In this document: in pieces, positions 58,134 to 64,000 of the stretch
Layout of the letters: each line of letters begins with the position of its first letter
Position numbering within the stretch: the first letter of the stretch is position 1
Origin: a virus
Taxonomy: Duplodnaviria; Caudoviricetes
IMG/VR virus record: IMGVR_UViG_3300021256_000002
Coordinates: 96,001-160,000 of that record
Length of the DNA stretch: 64,000 nt
Reading direction: 5' to 3' (one strand)
Notes under the pieces: model-generated
What the model was told of the DNA's origin: nothing
The model's input: the letters and a program-made list of their open reading frames with translations, nothing else
Databases searched by the model: none
Program-made: the position numbers and the translations under genes

Positions 58134-60470
58134 ATGCCTAGAAGTGGACAAATCATTCCTCCTTGGATCCACCCCAGTATCTATGTCGTGATAAATGATA
58201 ACACGCAGTATACTGATTATGCAGCTGGCCCTGATGAAGGTCCGGTATATATGTGCGTATTTGTGGGTCCTAAGGGACGTAATGACCTTTTGAAATTCAA
58301 TAATTGGAGCAAGTTCTGCGATGAATATGGTAAACCGAACTTCAAGAAGTTTGGCCAGTCCATGTATACGCCGTATGTTGGTCTTGCTAAGAACTATTGC
58401 TCAGCATGGTGCTTGCGTCTTGTGGCTGAAAATGCTACGTACGCAAATGTTGTCATGGCTGTTGGATACAAAGTCGAAGCTGGTAGGTTGATCCTCAAGG
58501 TCGCTAACTATTCCCGTACCAATATCACGAATCTGGATGATCTGGATGTCTTTGCACGGTCCATCGAAACGGCTACGCCGGATGCTGATGGATTCAAATG
58601 GCTCCCGATTCTGTCCGTATGGGTTCTTGGTAAAGGCTCTTACGGTAACGACTTCCGTGTTCGTCTGCGTCATGATAAACAGGCAGACAAAGAAAATTCC
58701 TATAAGAATTACAACTTTGATGTCATCTCCACTGAAAATGGCACTGCAACGGTTGAAATCTTCAACGTGACCTTCGACTATGAAGGTGTTGATCCTTTGA
58801 CTAAGGTAACCAATTTCATTGAGGATGCTGTCAATGATACTGACCAGAAAGGTTCTAGCATCGTAGGGTGTAAGTTCTATTCTGATCAGTATGAAACGCT
58901 GTATGAAGCCTTCTGCAAGGCATATAAAGACAGCGTAAATCCGCCAGTAGTAACGGTTCCGGTTGATCGTCTCCCGGCTATCACGCTGCCGTCTACTGAG
59001 AAACTTTACCATCTGACCAAGGATGATGGGTCTCACCAGGCTGGTTTCATGTATGTATACAATGCAACCGATGGTGTATTTGACACGTCTTCCTTCAGTG
59101 TTCAGGAAATTGGTAATGGCACTAACCTGCCGGCTGTTGCTTCGGCATCCAAGTCCTTGATCTACAAGTTCGTTGTAGACTATACGGATACTGATGGCAC
59201 TAACTATCCGGCTGGCTCTGCAGTTATCACTACGGACAATGCAACTTGGACTACTGCTCCGGAAATCATTGACGTAGAAAAGCTGCCTTCCACTACGATG
59301 TATACGGCTGGTACCGTATATGAGCTGACGGCTTCTGATGGCGGTTTCGTTGCAGGTGACCTTGTTATCTACGACGCTACTACCAATGGCTTCGTTCTCT
59401 ACGTAGTAGAAGAAACTGAAGATCCGGAAGTACCTTGGACTATCTCTACTTGGGATATGTTTGGTTATGACCGGATTAATAAGACGACTAACGAATTCAT
59501 CGAATTCGCAGATGGTCTTGAAACTGTTGCAATCCTCGATATCGAAGGTACTCCTTTGATGAGCGGTGACGATGGTGACTTCGCTGATTCTGTTGATACT
59601 GCTACTCGTGATGCTGCTATCGAAGAAGCATTCATGAAGGCATTCGATGGCTCGGTCGATAAGAAAATCAAATCCACCAGACGTGCTCCGGCAGATTTGA
59701 TGTTTGACTTTGGCTCTAGCCTCCAGGTCAAGAATGCAATGGTTGGCCTTGCTCTTGAACGTATGGACGCTCAGCTGTATCTTGATACTGGTCTGGTTAA
59801 CACGGTATACGACCTCTATGACATGGGTCTTGCTATGTACGATATCAATCACTACTTGGTATCGAAGCAGGCTCAGATGTTCAAGGTCGCTGACCCTGTA
59901 ACCGGTAAGAATATTCCTGTAACGTTCTGCTTGTGGCTTGCATCCGCATTCCCCAACCACTATCGTGTGTATGGTAACCATACTCCGTTGGCTGGTGAAT
60001 CCTATGCAACGATTTCTGGCTACGTTAAGAATTCCATTCGTCCGATTATCGATGCAGATGACCATGATATCAAAGAGAAGCTTCTCACTGAATATCAGCT
60101 CAACTACATTGAGTGCTTGGATGAAGATACGTACATTCGTGGTACTCAGACGACTTCTCAGCACGAAAGCACTGATCTCTCTGAGGAAAACAACGTACGT
60201 GTTCTCATGGAAATCAAACGTAAGATTGAACGTCTTACCTACACTCGTCAGTTCCACTGGAGTGAGCAGGAAGACCTGCGTCTCTTCGAAGAGAGCTGCA
60301 ACGAGATTTTCTCCAGTTATCGTGGAACTAAGTGCCGTGAGTTGACGGTACGTGTTGATTCCAACGATTGGGAAAAGACTCGCTACATCGTTCACGTATA
60401 TCTCGAAGTTGTCTTCCGGACCTTCCAGAAGAGAGCTATTGTCGAGATTGATGTGAATCCGCGCGTCTAA
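58134..60470 (+). CDS. Contractile tail sheath protein
   Basis: HPSIYVVIND, GPKG, FCDEYGKP, WCLRLV, GKGSYGND and LSEENNVRVLMEIKR motifs; followed by the tube gene; late promoter at 58096-58107. Confidence 0.85.
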   Translation: MPRSGQIIPPWIHPSIYVVINDNTQYTDYAAGPDEGPVYMCVFVGPKGRNDLLKFNNWSKFCDEYGKPNFKKFGQSMYTPYVGLAKNYCSAWCLRLVAENATYANVVMAVGYKVEAGRLILKVANYSRTNITNLDDLDVFARSIETATPDADGFKWLPILSVWVLGKGSYGNDFRVRLRHDKQADKENSYKNYNFDVISTENGTATVEIFNVTFDYEGVDPLTKVTNFIEDAVNDTDQKGSSIVGCKFYSDQYETLYEAFCKAYKDSVNPPVVTVPVDRLPAITLPSTEKLYHLTKDDGSHQAGFMYVYNATDGVFDTSSFSVQEIGNGTNLPAVASASKSLIYKFVVDYTDTDGTNYPAGSAVITTDNATWTTAPEIIDVEKLPSTTMYTAGTVYELTASDGGFVAGDLVIYDATTNGFVLYVVEETEDPEVPWTISTWDMFGYDRINKTTNEFIEFADGLETVAILDIEGTPLMSGDDGDFADSVDTATRDAAIEEAFMKAFDGSVDKKIKSTRRAPADLMFDFGSSLQVKNAMVGLALERMDAQLYLDTGLVNTVYDLYDMGLAMYDINHYLVSKQAQMFKVADPVTGKNIPVTFCLWLASAFPNHYRVYGNHTPLAGESYATISGYVKNSIRPIIDADDHDIKEKLLTEYQLNYIECLDEDTYIRGTQTTSQHESTDLSEENNVRVLMEIKRKIERLTYTRQFHWSEQEDLRLFEESCNEIFSSYRGTKCRELTVRVDSNDWEKTRYIVHVYLEVVFRTFQKRAIVEIDVNPRV

Positions 60471-60498
60471 TGCTTACTAAGAGAAGAGGTGAGAAAAC

Positions 60499-61332
60499 AT
60501 GCGTTCTGTACAGAGTAATATCAAACGTAATACCAAAGACTTTGGTGAGCTTGGTCTGTTCCTTACAGGTATTGACGTCTCGCTGAAGAATATTGACCAG
60601 TTTGACCCTTTTCGAAAGGGGTTCGCCCGTCTGTTCATCCTTCGCCTTCCTCGGTTCATGGAGTTAATGGACGCGGCAGCCGCAAAAAGATTTAAGCACC
60701 TGCTTGAATTCGGCTTCACGAGCATCAGCGGCATTTCTAACCCCACTCTGGAAACTGAGTCTCTGACTGGTGGTTATACGGGTGGTTCTTTCGAAATTCC
60801 CTCTATTGCGAAGGATAATACGAACGAAATCACCATTCAGCTCTACGAATTCTCTGGTCTTCCGATTCGTGAATTCTTGGATACTTGGATTACTGGTATC
60901 AGCGATAAGCTGGTAGGTATCGGTCACTATCATGGTATGATTAGTGAAGATTGCCAGTACAAGGCATCCAATCACGTTATGGAAGCAGTGTATGTCGTAA
61001 CTGACCCGACTGGTCGTCCGGATTGCATCGAGTATTCCTGCTTGCTGTCTAACATGATGCCGAAGACTATTCCCATTGACCATGTGAATTATTCTTCTGG
61101 TGACCATGGTGCAGCGCAGATCGATATTCCGTTCACTTGCAATAAGTATGAATCTCCCCAGATCAACGAAATTGCAAAGACGCTGTTAACCAAGTATGTA
61201 ATCCTCACGGATAGCCTTGGCTTCCACAGCGGTTGGACGACGAATCAGATCAATAACATGCCTAATTATCAGTTCAGCAGCCAGTACAACATGACTGACT
61301 ACGGAGCTCTTGATGGCATGACTCGGAGCTGA
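60499..61332 (+). CDS. Tail tube protein
   Basis: Directly after the sheath gene; EITIQLYE.SGLPIREFLDTWITGISD and VTDPTG motifs fit a gp19-like tube fold. Confidence 0.75.
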   Translation: MRSVQSNIKRNTKDFGELGLFLTGIDVSLKNIDQFDPFRKGFARLFILRLPRFMELMDAAAAKRFKHLLEFGFTSISGISNPTLETESLTGGYTGGSFEIPSIAKDNTNEITIQLYEFSGLPIREFLDTWITGISDKLVGIGHYHGMISEDCQYKASNHVMEAVYVVTDPTGRPDCIEYSCLLSNMMPKTIPIDHVNYSSGDHGAAQIDIPFTCNKYESPQINEIAKTLLTKYVILTDSLGFHSGWTTNQINNMPNYQFSSQYNMTDYGALDGMTRS

Positions 61333-61430
61333 TGAAATCCATTTGATTTAGATGTATAGGAAGAGAAATCTTCCTATACATTTTATCTCTGTCATGTGAC
61401 AAATTCATAATCATTTCTAATAGAAAGGAA

Positions 61431-62696
61431 GTGAAGATAGTGGCTGAATTGTTTGATCGTGGAGCGTATATTACCGATAATGCAGTACTGATGAAAGATC
61501 GCTTGAATAAGCAGTATTCATCATTCTTGCAGTCACGCCCCACCATGTGCACGTATTATCACGTCAATCCAGTATTTTCTACTACAGATACAGGTACTCG
61601 TGATGTTGAAGGCTTGATAGATGATAACTCGCCTATTCGGTATAACAAGATAGAGAATTTCCCTATATATGGAATAGATAATATTCAAGCCGACTTAAGT
61701 GATAGCGATGCTGGTCTGGATACGTCGTATGATGGAAATGCGATTATCTTACCTAATACCATTCATCCAGTCCCAGATGATTATTTCACAATACACTATC
61801 TTGGTAAAGAGTATCTCTTCAGAGTCAATCATTGTACCTATGATAGATTGAAGAGTAATAACTATTACAGTATTTCGTTCCATCTTGAATATGCTGATAA
61901 AGCAGGATTTGAGAGAATGGAAAAACTGTGTATTGAGCATTATCAATGTATTTTTGATAATATTGGTACGAAAGATAAATGTATAGTTCGCACGTCGGAT
62001 TATAACGTACTTGAACGGGTAAATGCTATTCTTACTTCATTAAAGGAAAAATATGCTGAAAGGTATATTGATAAGAAGTATAACGCTGCAATGTATTTTG
62101 CAAATAGCTACTGCTATATGTATGATTCGATGTTGAATAAATTCATCAATAGTAGTAAAATATATGAACCAATAATTGGCTCGTTGAAGTTCTATCTGTT
62201 ATATGAAGAATTCCGTCCATATACTGGAATGGATTATGAGGATTCTATCTATGATAGAGTGATGAAGAAAGATTTCAGTGACCCAAGTGATATCAATAGA
62301 TTCTACTGGCCAGAACCTGCAATAAATACTGAATCGATATTCGACTACCATCGAGATACCCGAGTGAAGTATTTGAGCTATTACAACGTAGAGATTGGAC
62401 CATTTGGGAATAAGCTTCTTCCGTATTTTTCTAATGATTTCTTGAATGCAATTAAGCTCAAAAATATCAATCTTTTAGATAATTTATTTGAGAAACTTGT
62501 GTATACGTATGTAACACAACCAAGCGCTAATTGCCTGAAATTCCTAGACGATTTGGAAAAAGTTAAGATAAGATACAACTTCCATACGTATATATGGACC
62601 CCATTAGCCATGTATTCTTTGAGACAAGTACTCAAAGATATCAAGGTTGATCTGACTGCACTGGATGAAACTCTGGTGCACCAAAATAATTATTAA
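61431..62696 (+). CDS. Virion structural protein (possible neck/head-tail)
   Basis: Late promoter at 61398-61409; PIRYNKIENFPIYG...ILPNTIHPVPDDYF; tail context. Confidence 0.5.
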   Translation: MKIVAELFDRGAYITDNAVLMKDRLNKQYSSFLQSRPTMCTYYHVNPVFSTTDTGTRDVEGLIDDNSPIRYNKIENFPIYGIDNIQADLSDSDAGLDTSYDGNAIILPNTIHPVPDDYFTIHYLGKEYLFRVNHCTYDRLKSNNYYSISFHLEYADKAGFERMEKLCIEHYQCIFDNIGTKDKCIVRTSDYNVLERVNAILTSLKEKYAERYIDKKYNAAMYFANSYCYMYDSMLNKFINSSKIYEPIIGSLKFYLLYEEFRPYTGMDYEDSIYDRVMKKDFSDPSDINRFYWPEPAINTESIFDYHRDTRVKYLSYYNVEIGPFGNKLLPYFSNDFLNAIKLKNINLLDNLFEKLVYTYVTQPSANCLKFLDDLEKVKIRYNFHTYIWTPLAMYSLRQVLKDIKVDLTALDETLVHQNNY

Positions 62697-62706
62697 TGAA
62701 AGATAG

Positions 62707-63327
62707 GTGAATTTCATCATGTTTAATGATTATGGTGTAAACGATATCTTCCAGAACATTCATGCTTCGGATGCAATGGAAGGATATGCAAATATGGCTG
62801 TTGATCAGATTGATAACAGTTTCTTCCGTGATATGTATATGGAAACAATGGAAGCCGTCCTTACGGGTAACGATTACATCGAAGACAATGGGCCGGAACC
62901 GCATCCTGCAACTGAAGCAATGGAAGACCTTGCTGACATGGATGACATGTTTGAAGGCTGTGCTAAGGAATGCGGTAGTAATTGCAGTACCGAGTGCGGT
63001 GGTGGCTCTTGTGAATCTAATGTTGGTGATGAATATATGTATGGTAAAGGTTCCAATGCTGGAGACCATGCATATCTGCGTTCTTTGAACACCATCACTG
63101 GTACTGACCCAACTGATGCCGGCACCTTCTTCAATCTCAAAGATCAGAAGCCGTCTGTTGAATCCGCTGAAGCTAGTCGTGAGATGCAGGATTTGATTTC
63201 TACGTTACCAGACACTGAAGTAACTGTAGATGAAGGGTATTATCCCGACACGTATTCTGAGGATAATGGGGTGAATGAAAGTGCCGAACTTGGATTGGAC
63301 GATCTCGGTCTCGACCCTCTCCTCTGA
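62707..63327 (+). CDS. Highly acidic protein with many x-x-E sites (prohead core-like)
   Basis: AMEG, YMET, TMEA, ATEA, AMED, SCES, SVES and VNES sites. Confidence 0.5.
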   Translation: MNFIMFNDYGVNDIFQNIHASDAMEGYANMAVDQIDNSFFRDMYMETMEAVLTGNDYIEDNGPEPHPATEAMEDLADMDDMFEGCAKECGSNCSTECGGGSCESNVGDEYMYGKGSNAGDHAYLRSLNTITGTDPTDAGTFFNLKDQKPSVESAEASREMQDLISTLPDTEVTVDEGYYPDTYSEDNGVNESAELGLDDLGLDPLL

Positions 63328-63355
63328 TATGAGAAAACCTTTGGGGGTAGACGGA

Positions 63356-63835
63356 ATGAATAAAGTAGTACAGCGTAAAAAAATTATCATCCCGTACAGT
63401 GGGTATATCCATGCTCTCGGCGTTCATGGGCCGGTGGAAATTCCGTACATGGAAACATTGGAAAACATCGCCAAGATGCTCATGAGACGTATTCCGGTAT
63501 ATGAGATTACCTCTGGCGGAAATAAAGTTAAACTCACAACTACGAATTATAAGAAGAATAATGGAGGAGATGGCGACGACGTCAAGAAGACGTATGAACC
63601 TGTCAACGCAAAGAAGAAATCTTCTACTATTTGCGTATCTGATAAGGATCTTGAAGAAAAGTCGCTTTCTGCTATTCTTCGTAATTCAACTAAGAAGCTT
63701 TCGAAGTCTAAGGATTACTATGACAATGGTAAGCATGACAAGAAGAAGAGCAAGCACAAAGGCGGCTCTGAAAGCCCCGTGTATATCGGTGCTGTTGGCT
63801 CTTCGGTCGATAGCGACTTGGTAGAGACGAAATGA
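63356..63835 (+). CDS. Basic hypothetical late protein
   Basis: GGGGG RBS before MNKVVQRK; terminator at about 63838-63870. Confidence 0.6.
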   Translation: MNKVVQRKKIIIPYSGYIHALGVHGPVEIPYMETLENIAKMLMRRIPVYEITSGGNKVKLTTTNYKKNNGGDGDDVKKTYEPVNAKKKSSTICVSDKDLEEKSLSAILRNSTKKLSKSKDYYDNGKHDKKKSKHKGGSESPVYIGAVGSSVDSDLVETK

Positions 63836-63890
63836 TAGAATGAGTCTAGGATTTAACCTAGACTCATTCTTATCTATTTTTCAATTCACA

Positions 63891-63964
63891 TTTTAAATAT
63901 ATAATATATACGTAGAGAAAATAAAATATTTCTAGTTTAACACTTTTAGGAGGTATGTGTTATG
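63891..63964 (+). repeat. Early promoter + leader + RBS cassette, copy 2
   Basis: Near-identical to 9000-9072. Confidence 0.85.
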
Positions 63965-64000
63965 GATGTCGAAGAAGCAAAAGCTAATGTGTTTTCAATT
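63962..64000 (+). CDS. Start of an early gene (partial)
   Basis: AGGAGG RBS, MDVEEAKANVFSI..., runs off the window end. Confidence 0.6.
   Translation, partial: MDVEEAKANVFSI

Noticed and set aside
58401-60395. 664-aa antisense ORF over the tail sheath gene
   Set aside because: Same codon-bias shadow effect; also applies to 7752-8837, 55908-56693 and 6058-6744.
1-64000. Stop-codon reassignment
   Set aside because: Long genes are intact in the standard code, and TAA, TGA and TAG all end genes.

Overview
This 64 kb window is a gene-dense segment of a large lytic contractile-tailed (jumbo) phage, most likely related to the phiKZ/AR9/PBS1 group that carries its own multisubunit RNA polymerases. 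It uses the standard genetic code and strong GGAGG ribosome-binding sites, and its cell-wall hydrolases suggest a Bacillota host (possibly Negativicutes; this is inference). Recognisable virion genes include baseplate wedge, terminase large subunit, probable major capsid protein, tail sheath, tail tube and internal head proteins. A probable RNAP beta' C-terminal fragment is also present. Accessory genes include a GH73 glucosaminidase, amidase, MazF-like fusion, radical SAM, AAA+, CYTH, Nudix, MBL-fold, HD, Bro-N and alpha-CTD mimic. Two promoter classes can be read directly: early-type TTTCAAATATATAWTATA and late-type NACA-N6-TA. The most unusual items are: (1) an array of eight covarying hairpins with an exact 42-bp period inside a small ORF (25385-25713); (2) a conserved ~105-nt structured 5' leader in front of two unrelated genes (5148-5240 minus and 14290-14384 plus); (3) a J-domain pseudokinase/vWA/PurA-like three-gene module; (4) a catalytically dead dCMP deaminase; and (5) a probable polyprotein head cargo carrying transglutaminase-like and Nudix domains. 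No tRNA, rRNA, CRISPR array or transposase was recognised. All calls come from reading motifs by eye; no searches were run.
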